From: Lingula anatina
Taxonomy: Eukaryota > Animalia > Brachiopoda
Assembly: GCA_051362555.1 (NCBI GenBank)
Contig: CM120644.1
Span: 18,932,534 to 18,996,533, forward strand
Reading direction: 5' to 3'
Length of the DNA stretch: 64,000 nt
This document shows, one piece after another, positions 53,493 through 64,000 of the stretch. The notes beneath the pieces are model-generated. The model saw only the letters and a program-made list of their open reading frames with translations, ran no database searches and was not told the DNA's origin. Numbering within the stretch: the stretch's first letter is position 1; each line of letters starts with the position of its first letter. Position numbers and translations under genes: made by a program.

Positions 53493-54251
53493 AGGATTGG
53501 CATGCAGTTCAAATTAGAAAGCCAGGTCAATTGGGTCATCATTTTTATTAAATTTATGCATTTTTTGTGAAATTTTCATTTTTCTCATTCTGGCACTTTC
53601 TAATTGAAAACTTGAACACTGATGGGCCTGGAGCCTTATGCTTTTACTTTCATCAGCGTTACCTGTTGTGCATAATTAAAATTTTATGTTGACTGTGCAG
53701 TTAAACATAATGTATTATTGCATCAGAATTGGGCAGTCTCCTGTTTTTGTGCATTATTGTTTTCTGCTTTTCTTAAGGTGTGACTTATGGGCCTGAAGAC
53801 CTTTGATAGACAAATTTGTGTGGTCAGTCTGTTAATTCCCCTTGGGTATTCACAAGGCTAATTTCAGTGCTATAAACTCATTTACCTAATTAAGTAGCCA
53901 TTAATTGAAATTTCATAAAGCACACTTGTTGATATTTCCCTGTTAAGCTCTCTGCTAGATAACATAGTGTCCATAATAAGGAAGCAGTGAATAACAGCTT
54001 CATTAGAATTATATTTTTGTTGTTTCTATTTAATTTTTTCTCCAACACTGGCATTTTTAAGATGTGATTTTTAACTCCCATCCACCTGAGGCTGTGCACA
54101 TTTTCAGTATTTCCACAGAAGCAGTTGTATTGTTTTTTATGTCTTTAAACATTATGTAATATTATTTTGTGCACTGTCATCATTTTTCAAATATTGAGAC
54201 TTTCATCGTGCGACACTGGTCTCTCATGGACCTGAAACTGTAATCTTATTG

Positions 54252-54418
54252 AAGGGGTGGATTGAGACCATCTTCTGGGTCTTCGGAAGACAGTCAGGTT
54301 ATTAAGTTTATATTGACTGGTATCTATTTTTTTTCTGTTGGAAGACCATCAAAATGGAGGATGGATCAACATAGATACTTTGTAATACTGTCAGAAAATA
54401 TCTCGGGGTCCGCTCCTG
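54252..54418. mobile_element. hAT-like MITE with 6-bp TSD
   Basis: TTATTG on both flanks; termini AAGGGGTGGAT / GTCCGCTCCTG. Confidence 0.75.
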
Positions 54419-57400
54419 TTATTGACCATGTTACCTGTTGTGCAAGATTAAAATTCAGTGTTGACTGGCAGTGCTATTATAAGCATTATTTATTATTGCA
54501 TCAAAATTGACAAAATGACCTTTTTTGCATCTTTATTTTCTGTTTTTTGTCTGTACATTTGACAGCTTTGCTGCCTTGTTTATATTTCAAATTCAATGAA
54601 AAATATTTTTTTATGTGGATCATAAAAGTGTAAGACCCCAACTTTAATTTGGCATCAATTTTTTTTCATTCATTCACAATTTATTTTTCATGTACAAAAG
54701 TGGGCACTTTTACCCCCTTATTCGCACTCATCCTTTCTTACCCAGAATCAAAGGTATGTAACACACATTCAGTTTCAAGTTTTGGCATTTTAGGGGATGT
54801 TACTTGTGCCAGTTTTTTATATTTTAGTTTTATATTCACTATGCAGATTTATGTGTGTTTACAATGAAGTTGAAGTTAACTGCCTGTGCTTCAATTTTCA
54901 AGACTTACATATTACACAGGACACTTGTAACTAAAGGTACTTTAGTAAAATCAGGAAAACTTTGCAGTCCATTATGTTGTTCATGTTGCTTTGCAAGGGG
55001 GCGTGCCAGACAATTAAGCTGATTACAACGACTGAGCCCGAGTGTGATACTCCGCTGAGATAGATTGATCCTGCTCGATAGTTTCTATTCTGAACACAGT
55101 AAGCCTCTGTTGTTGTAAAGCATTTATTGATGTTATGTTTATTTTTCAGATTTTACATCCTAGGCCTGTATGTGAACCTTGACCTGGACAATCTTACAGA
55201 CAATAATAGAAAAGTCACCTGAAATTGCACAGGCAAATTCATCAGATTCAGATGTGACCACCAACTTTGTAATGCCTGGAACACTTCCACGGAGAAGAAA
55301 AAAGGTTTACCTTTTTTTCATTTGTTTCTTTTTCTATCATGAAATTCTGGTAGCTACAATCATGCATATTTGATTTCCTTTTTTACACTTATGCAATATG
55401 TTTGATCAGAATATTATTTAGTAATTGTTCTTATACAGCAATTAACATGAGTTTAAAATATGTTAAATACATTTTCTTTTGACAGCCTGTCCTGCCATCT
55501 TCAGGTAGACGCAGTAGTGGATATCCTGGCAAACCTCTATTGGACTTAGAGCCACCTTGGGTCAATCCCCCATAACAAATGTGCATCTTAGGCTTGGTAA
55601 TCCCAATCAGTTTTGTAGGAAAGGAGGATAATTGGCGCCATTGAATTGACAAATATTGACAATTGACAGTTCAGTCACACTAAACTATAGTGGCATGTTG
55701 CTTCAAGTTACCACACTTATTCTAAGATTGCTGAATTATCATTACTGTAGGAGACCCTGGATCTCTCAACCAGAAGAAGAAACTTGGGGACCAATCAGTT
55801 ATAAGATTAAAATCTGTGGAACACTACCCATCACTGTTGTGTTCAGTATATGGAAAAGATGACCGTGATATTGGAACCTTGGAGATTCATAACTTGATTT
55901 CACTCCTGTAAAAAGTAACTGCTTTGTTCTTTTACTGTCCAATTGATAATATGAAAATAAAGTACTCCTCCTGTCATTGTATGTTGCTGACTCTGTTTTA
56001 ATTTTCTTTATAGAAAAAGAATATAGATATCAAGATATCACATGTATTTACAAAGCCTATGAATCATTTGAAAGGAAAAAAATTGGTTGAAAAATGCAAT
56101 ATAAATCATTTCAAGTGGATTAATTAGTGTTGCACTTGAGAAAACTGATAAAATGAGAAAGTCATTCCCTTTTACCTTTAGAAAAATCATTTGTAATTTT
56201 TTTTCTCTGTTGCTCCCTGAAAATAAGGTATATACACAATGCTGATGATACTGGATATGCACAGTAATAACTTATTAAATGGGGGGGGGGGGGGTGGGTG
56301 AATAACTTGTCACTAGTAATTTAAATTTATTCAGAAGTTGTATGGCTCTGTTTGAAAAGAATATTATTTGAGCAATCCTGTATTACAGATCTCAAAATAA
56401 AAAAACCTGCAAAAATGGGCCTCTTGATTATTTTGAGGAATTAGGGTAACTGTATTTTAAGGCAGATTTGATGGCAGCCATTTTGTATTTATAAAAATTG
56501 GATAGATTTGCCCTTATCAAAGCATAGTTTGAATTCCTGGCTGTGAGTCTTTGATTAAATTTGATTATTGGAAGGTATTATCTCAAAATGTACTGATATC
56601 TTGATTTCAGCCGTTTGGTTTTCTGCTAAAATTGCTAAAGTTTGAGGCACTTTTTCAATATCTTCTGTTGTGTTTAACACACTTTTTGAATTTTGTATGA
56701 TTAGACCAATATATGCTTAGGATCCCTATAAAATTTTATGGCTGTCAAGCCTGCAAAAAGAGAGATATGAATGCTTGAACATTGCTTGGTAGAAAAGTGA
56801 GTTTGGGGGGTGGGGTCATAAAAATGGGCGTGGCTCGTTAGTTTGTGGGTTAAACTGAAATTTAGTAACATATTCTCAATGGCAAATGGCTGGTTTAAAT
56901 AGGTAAATTTTCAATTAATTTTAAAAAGTCATCAGTTTTGACATATTTGCTTATGAAGTGGCTTTATTGACCGAAGCTGAAAATCAAGCCAAAAATGGCC
57001 AAAACATAAAATATCATATTTTAATTATATCCAATGTTTTCTTTTGGGATTGTTGCCTTCAATCTTAATATCTCCTATATATGCAACAATATTATGAATT
57101 TGGTTTAAATCTGTTGACCCCCACCTTGCCACCCTCTGACTGGTCCTATCATGGACACACACTTAATATTGATCTCTGTTTTTTACTGCTGTAACATGTA
57201 CAAGTATCACAAATATTGAAACAGATTTGACAAAGCTAACATTGTTTTTATTTCTTTCAGTCTGGGAATAGTGCCAGTGTCAGAAGTCAAAGCTGTCACC
57301 AGTATCCCCCACAATGTAGGTACATTTAATTTTTTTTCACAGTCCAGTCACCAAAGTGGTTGGGACACTTGCTAGCTAGTACACCATGATTTGGTGTACT

Positions 57401-58571
57401 TTCTTACAATTGATTTTTTCAATTATTAAAGGGATAACAGCTGTTCCTTTTGGTCAAAAAACAGATTTTCCTGGAGCAATCGACAATTTGCCCATATTTA
57501 TACCAATGGTTAATGAATCCATGAATACATTCATTTCTAAGTTGTTTCAGTGAATTTATATAAAATATGCATCTTACAAGGACAGTTGTTATCCCTTTAA
57601 GATAATGTGTGTCCCATCACAAACCCACTGTTCCCAATCAGCCACTAGTGGTCATGAAGATGTCTGGAGATGTCACCAATAGACTCCCAGCATGGCTTTA
57701 ACTCCATAGAAACTTTATTCCCCTGGTACCAGTTGATTGCAGAGGCACTTGGAAAAAGTGGTGTTCGCAGTAATAACTTGACATTTGTTTGCCAATATTC
57801 CCAACTTGTATCTGTATAATCAACTATGTAATTATGATTACATAATTCATGTTCGAGGATGTACTTTCAGTGAAAATGGCCACAGAATATAATTATATTT
57901 CAACAGATGTACTAATACTACCAATACCAATTGACAGATTTTTACAGAGATTGCTTTCTAACTTTATCATGGTATAAAGTGATATGGCATAGTTTATCAT
58001 GCATATAGGTGGTGCTTTATTTAGGGTATTCTTTCTTGCTTTGTTGCATGTTGGATAATGGTGAACCATACTCTTTATTTACCATGTTTTACAGTCATAT
58101 ATGATGGCAGAGGATATTTGAGTTGGATTTTTTATAATGATAGTTTACGAAAAAAAAAACAAAGAACAGAATACATTCAATCCATGCAAACACTATAGAT
58201 ATGAACAGTGTGACTGCCCACAGCTTATGCATATATACATGTACCTTAAAATTTTCTTATCCTCTGACATAGGTACATGATATAAGTTTTGACCAAAAGA
58301 CACATAGAGAGAATGTGGCAGGATGGAGGTCTACCTAGTGTTGTGTCCTTGACATGTGTGCCTGACTTGTTCCATTTGGATTTAAAAAGGGTGTTAATAG
58401 ATAAGGCTGAACAGGGTACCCTGAATCCCCTAGTAGGTAACCCTGGGGCATTTAGCCTTCATTGTAGGTATATCAGAAAAATTTTCAACCTGATCAGAAA
58501 ATTATAATACTTATATCATCTGAAAGATAATGCAAAAACCGGATGAAATCACTTGGAATTTTTTTAATATT

Positions 58572-58742
58572 CAGGGCTTGACACTAACTTTTATCTATAC
58601 TGGCCCGGGATATCGGTAAACATTGCAAGGGTTATTTTGCACATGGCATTTTACTTGCTCTTTGGGCCAGTGACCCCAGTATGGCCCTAGGTTGGTTTTC
58701 AGTGGCCCAGGGCCAGTGGGCCACCCTTAATGTCAAGCCCTG
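58572..58742. mobile_element. hAT-like MITE with 5-bp TSD
   Basis: TIRs CAGGGCTTGACA / TGTCAAGCCCTG; ATATT on both flanks. Confidence 0.88.
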
Positions 58743-59433
58743 ATATTCCTACAAGCAACAAAGATATTGAAGTTTTTGAACTGCAAAATTTCACCAAAAG
58801 TGTCCACACTTCTCAGCTCAAAACCTGTGCCCACTGACCAGCAGTGATCACTCGGGCGCAGCAGAGCACCCTGTGTGTCTTTGTGTGCTCAGCCTATTGT
58901 CTGGCTCACATAGCCTGTGACTAATCAGGGCAAAGCTATTTCCCTGTGGTTATTTTCACATCTAGGTTTCTTATTTATTTCATATTGTATTATAATTCAT
59001 TGTTCATCAAGTTTTATAAATTTATATTAATTTTATTTAATCTAACCAATAACTAAATTATTCATAATAATTACACCAAAATTTCATGACAATTCATGTT
59101 AAATTTAAAATAATAAATTGAAAAATGTTTGGTTGATGTTTTTATAAACAACAAAACATAATGTACCATTTACACATTTATTATTTGTAAGGTGCATAAT
59201 GATAATACGAATAAATTCATATTGCAACATTTATTTCATAGTTTATCAGATGTCAAGCAAACTACAGCATTTCTTTCTTAAATTTAGGCTTAAAAATAAT
59301 ACCATTATCTTACTGTCATCAAATAACGAAAGTCTTCAATGATGACTAAACAAACTGGATAATTGTTGTAAAAAAAAGATCTAAAAAAAAATAGTGCAAG
59401 TCGAGCAGAATTAGATAGATACTCCATATACTG

Positions 59434-61318
59434 CAGGGATCTCCCTAGGTTGAAGGTCAAGTGTGCCATTTGGGCACACTCAAGATTGAAAAGTGTGCCA
59501 TTTTGCAAAACATTGTGCCCAGTCATTCAATGCATGCTTGGGTCACAAGTCCATTTATAATGTCACTAATAGTCAGTATAATTTTATTGTGACCATTATA
59601 TTAATTGCATTTATAATTTATTAAAATAATTATAATTTATATTAAAGATTGTTTTTAAAATAAAATCTGAGAAGTATTCTCAACATATAAATAATCAAAA
59701 CATTTAAACAAAAATAACTAGTTTTTATTTTTTTTCATTCTTTTTTAGTGTTATATAACAAAGCCCATGGCAACATTTTAGCAACACCCACTTATGCATA
59801 TGTGTAACAGTGTTCATAAAATAACTTTTAATAGAAAATTATATTCTGGATGCCAAGTGCTTCTTTATATATGTAAATATCCCATTACCAGTTCCATCAG
59901 AAATATACAAGTCTTTAAAAAAAGTTTTTGGGTGCTAAAGTTAGTGGATCAACTACTCTGCAACTGATTACCAATTTATGATGAACTAAAATATCTGCAC
60001 TTTCATCACATAAGACAGCAATGACTGGTGAATCTGTTGTGTAATATTCTCATCAATCAAACAAGATAAAACATCCAAGTATGTCAGTTGCAGTATTGTA
60101 ACTGCAGTATGAGACTGCACTGCTGCACTTCAGCTGACCTATATCTGGAACTTCTACAGCTTGGAGAAAGTTCATTAAAGAACTGTACTTGGAAAGTGGA
60201 ATACACTCCTTGGCCATCCAAACCACTGCTTTCATTGCTGTCATGATGGCCTTCTCTTGCGCATTCTAGGCTTTGGTAGTTGCTGTGTTCATGAACTCCT
60301 GTTCCTTTGGTAACTGTTAAAATAAGCATTGCAATTCAGTAATGCTGCCTACTACTTTATTTATTAGATAGTATATATATACTTAGAAACTTAAAAATTC
60401 ACTAATCATTTTGTCCTTAATAACAATCAGTGATATTCAAACTAAAATGACTGAAATGCAATCCCATTACTTGGCATAATAATTTCCATATCATAATTTG
60501 GCAGGAAACTACAAAATTTTATCCAAAACAATACAAATAGAAATGGAAGACATAATTATAGTGTTAATTGACTGCTTATCCCACCAAAAACGTAGTACCT
60601 TGCTCAAGGCCAAATACACAAGAAACTCAAAATAATTTGAACTCCCTGTACGCATGTACATCTCTAAGTAGGCTGCACACGTGCTAACACTTATCATTCG
60701 TTTTTTAATTGACTTTGAATCAGAATGAATTTATTTAAGTTACCTGGATAGCGCACACATCATCGGTCATTCCAACGTGGCGGGTGAGCGTACTGGTGAG
60801 AAAGTTGGACGATACCCACAGGGCCATGGTATTACGTTTGCCAGCCTTTTTGCATGGTGATTTTTCCTTGTCGAAGCGCAGCCACGGGAATCTCTGCAGC
60901 CAACTTTGCTGAAGCTTCCTAACGGAAGTTAGTAGAGGCTTCCTATCTGGTGCATTACCAAAAAAAACGAAAGCTTCGGCTGCTTTGCTTTTGACACGGC
61001 CATCTCTGAACTTCCGGTATACTCTCCACGCAGAGAAGGTACTCTCCATGCAGAGAACGCGTGCAGTATACGAGGCTAGCACTTTGAAGTTCGGTTTTGC
61101 CGACTGGCACTTGTTCCAAGTTTAGAAAAATTTTGATGCGTTTAAAAATACACAATTTTAACAGTTTACAATATGTTGAACAAATAAACTCCGTTTTTTC
61201 ACTCTATTTAATTTAATTTATTTTTGATGCGCCCTTGGGACGCACTGCTATTGAAAAAGTGCGTCATTACAAATATGTGCGCGCCAATGGCGCAAAATGC
61301 AGCCTCGAGAGATCCCTG
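59434..61318 (-). mobile_element. Deleted hAT (ZNF862-like) transposon with 6-bp TSD
   Basis: TIRs CAGGGATCTC / GAGATCCCTG; ATACTG on both flanks; exons encode RKLQQSWLQRFPWLRFD..PCKKAG (TTF-type finger) and AMKAVVWMAKECIPLSKYSSL..SPVIAVLCDESAD. Confidence 0.9.
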
Positions 61319-61567
61319 ATACTGTGATGTTGTTAAACTAACACAAAATTTTGCAAAAAGACTAGACAAATAACCAAACACCAGAATTGTTAAACAGGTG
61401 TACAATCAAGAGAAAAACGACAAAATACCCAGCTGGTACTCAGCCACACAAAAAAAAATGAAACTTGGAAAATTACGGACCAGTATGGGAAGATGCCACT
61501 TTCATTTCACAGCTATCCTGATTTATGTCAAGAAATATACAAGAAAGTTAAAAGTTTCTTCTTCTCT

Positions 61568-61733
61568 CAGGGGCGTAACCAGACCTTTTAAAATTGTACG
61601 CACAGATTTTGAAAATTCACAGATACGATTATATTCTGTGAAAAATACACTGAATTTATGGAGAATAATATCATGGTTGGCTCAAAAAATTGTACGCACA
61701 GTGCATCCGTGCGTATGCCTGGTTACGCCCCTG
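61568..61733. mobile_element. hAT-like MITE with 5-bp TSD
   Basis: TIRs CAGGGGCGTAACCAG / CTGGTTACGCCCCTG; TCTCT on both flanks. Confidence 0.9.
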
Positions 61734-63129
61734 TCTCTAGTGCTAACATAAGAAACAATATAGTGAAATATAGACATATTCACGTATTGTAGATATAGTA
61801 AATTTAAAAAAAAGAAGAAAATGGAAGCCTAACTTAGACTAGACATATCACATGATATCAGTGGATATCAAGGTCACCCCTAACAATATCTACAATGACT
61901 TCTGGAATGAGCATGTAGCAACTGGTGCAGATAGGAGGAAGAGCAAGTCTGGAGGATGTTTCTCCTGTAATAAAAAGATTCAATGTTTTAGTGCTTTTCA
62001 ATTCAGTAGTATGTATATAATTACAGTCACATTCAACACCTCAACAACAACAAAAAAAAAATCAATAATAATAATAAATAAATTAATTAAAAATTTTAAA
62101 AAATAATTATAATTTAAATAAATAAGTTAAATTAAGTTAAATTTAAAAACATGACTTCTATATTAAGATAAATTACCTTGAAGAAAGTTGAACCTTTTTA
62201 TCGACAGATGAGTCAGTGAAAGTTGTTAAGAGAATGGAAATACCCCAGATGGTGCAGTTACAAAGAAGAGCAAATATTGTGGATGTTTCTCCTACCTATA
62301 ATAAAAATGTTTTACTATTACAGCAAACTAAAATTCAAAAAGAAGTTAAGATAAAATTCAAAGTTAAACATTTAATAGATGCTATGTTTTTATAGATGAT
62401 TGATGCAGATTGTTAGTTGCCTGCTAAAGCGTTTTTATTTTAACACTTTTTTTCACTATTTTAATTGTGTCAATTTTAGGTCAGTTTATAGCATAGATTA
62501 ATTTTCAGAGCCAAAACACTTGCTTTTAATAACTAATAATATCATTACAAAGAAAAAATAGTGAGTAAAAACATAATTTACATAATAAATATGGCGACCG
62601 CACACGCACATGGCAGGGATGGCCTCAGTGCACATCATGTAATATTGCGCATTAAATTAACTATACTTTGCAACCTTCAAATTTCATGATTTTTCTACAT
62701 AATATAGCAAATTTCATAAACTTTGCTGGATATAAATTTCAAAAAGGTGAAACCAGCACTTACCTGAAATTTTTTAGCATTTTGTAGAGGCAAAACTTCA
62801 AACAACCCGTACCGAAACTGCTCAAAGACTGCAACAAGGGAAAATCACGTGACCGGATTTTACTCTTTGATTTACAACTTATTTAGTTAATGGCTTGTAT
62901 TAGTTTTTTTACGCGGTGCTAAAAGAGAGATTTAAAAAAGGGGTTCCATAGGCGAACTGTCAGCAGGCCTACTTCAGTTTTACACATCACTGCCCCTGGA
63001 TAGTTACGACTGAAGCGCCCCTAGCGGATTGTGATATACCTATTCATTGAACTTCTGCTGGATATTGGATGAGGTGCAAACAAAGGAGTCATGTGTAGAC
63101 CCTGGCCACTTTGCCACCAAATTGGTGAA

Positions 63130-63400
63130 TCTGAAATGTTAACTTATGCTTCCATCTTTCTGAAAAAGCGTTTTTCCCATTTGGGTATAAAGTTGGGAAA
63201 GACTATGCTTCCTTGTTGAATGAAGATTCGGAATGTTGATTTTCTGATGGAGCAAAACATAATATTCTGTCTTTGTACTTATCTAATATATACTGTAACA
63301 AATCTGGTTGCAAGCATGTTACAAGGAGTGCACTTGTTTTTGTAACTTCATCTTCAATATTATCATCAATATTATCTGAAAAATGCACTTTTTACTTTAA
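63130..63400 (-). mobile_element. Helitron/Helentron RepHel fragment (region N-terminal to Rep)
   Basis: TCLQPDLLQYILDKYKDRILCFAPSENQHSES..EA*SFPTLYPNGKNAF resembles the CxAPxE / FPxLFPxG motifs of animal Helitron proteins. Confidence 0.65.
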
Positions 63401-63419
63401 TGTATTTTCACTATTATTA

Positions 63420-63938
63420 CCTTTATTTCTGGCAACTAAGCACCGAAGTCTAGTGCCCATTTTCTTCTGGATATGTGCATTCTCCTTAAGTAATCTCGCT
63501 GTCCAGACCAAAGGGCTGCTGTTGCTGGACCCTCCAGAAGGCTGAGCTGTCCCCATCCCCTACAAATGGATTGTAGCGTAATCCATTAAGTTCCATGGAA
63601 TGACTGTATAAAACAGAGGCACCCTCAGCTTCCATGGCCTGGGCTGAGCCTTCGTGGTTGTGATGGCACTCCTCTATGTGTTTCAGTTGAAAGTCAACCT
63701 CTTCCGCCGTGGTTTGGGGCAGCTTTTGAAAATTGTCACATGTCCGACACATGGTATACATATAGTGAACGTTCAGAATTTCTCCCGTATCCACTGAAAT
63801 TGCAGCCACAAATCCATGTTTAGACAAGTTTCTGGTTTGCCAGGAACCATTGAAGGTAACCCCACAGTCCACAATTTCTCCTGGATCGACATTGCTTCCT
63901 TTGAGGACCTGCTTCACGGGAAGCGGGGTGCCATCCAT
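63420..63938 (-). mobile_element. Mutator-like/Kolobok-type DDE transposase fragment
   Basis: VTFNGSWQTR..SKHGFVAAISVDTGEIL..CRTC..CHHNHEGSAQAMEAEGA..LRYNPFVGDGDSSAF..HIQKKMGTRLR; first catalytic D appears as N; element probably continues past the window end. Confidence 0.85.
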
Positions 63939-64000
63939 GCTCTCCTGAGCTCTCTCCCTGGCGCGGTTGCCTTAGTCTGTGTGTGGAGACGCCAACTGTT

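Larger units (their letters stand above)
49754..54580 (+). mobile_element. HINE-like element, copy 2 (host of nested copy 3 and of a MITE)
   Basis: Same 5' inverted repeat, (GTCGCC)n, ~160-bp array (units at 49860, 50021, 50181, 50340) and 3' stem-loop end as copy 1. Confidence 0.85.
45933..57162. mobile_element. 11.2-kb TTAA-flanked Kolobok-like DNA transposon with nested insertions
   Basis: TTAA on both sides; long imperfect TIRs (TCCATGA..CAGTCAGAAGGCGGCAAGGTGGGGGTCAGCAGATTT vs AAATCTGTTGACCCCCACCTTGCCACCCTCTGACTG..TCATGGA); corresponding empty region at ~9000-9040. Confidence 0.85.
42760..57840 (+). repeat. Duplicated block, copy B, expanded by an 11.2-kb insertion
   Basis: Colinear with copy A on both sides of the 45933-57162 insertion. 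Confidence 0.9.

Noticed and set aside
61870-62310. Two similar minus-strand exon-like segments
   Set aside because: Only ~60 bp of similarity, stops in most frames and no recognisable product
63015-63027. Second CTCF-like motif
   Set aside because: One base short of the core consensus and within probable TE sequence

Overview
AT-rich, intron-containing animal (eukaryotic) genomic DNA, probably from a marine invertebrate such as a mollusc or annelid (inferred from the transposon families present). No intact host protein-coding gene is evident; the window is mostly decayed and nested mobile elements. Main content: (i) a block present twice about 41 kb apart (A ~1.4-9.7 kb, B ~42.8-57.8 kb), each copy carrying a tRNA-Gly(GCC) gene and exons of an unidentified gene, and each invaded by different transposons; (ii) the 3' half of an envelope-bearing gypsy/errantivirus-like element (F-type env, an extra ORF between env and the LTR, one LTR); (iii) three Helentron-associated (HINE-like) elements carrying satellite arrays, one nested inside another, and both of those inside an 11.2-kb TTAA-flanked Kolobok-like element; (iv) hAT-like elements with 5- and 6-bp target duplications; (v) remnants of CR1- and L1/Tx1-type LINEs, Tc1, pogo, DIRS, ISL2EU-type SWIM-YqaJ, Helitron and Mutator-like/Kolobok transposase genes, Harbinger-type MITEs, and pseudogenised HECT-ligase and kinase exons. 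All family assignments come from motif recognition by eye, not database searches.
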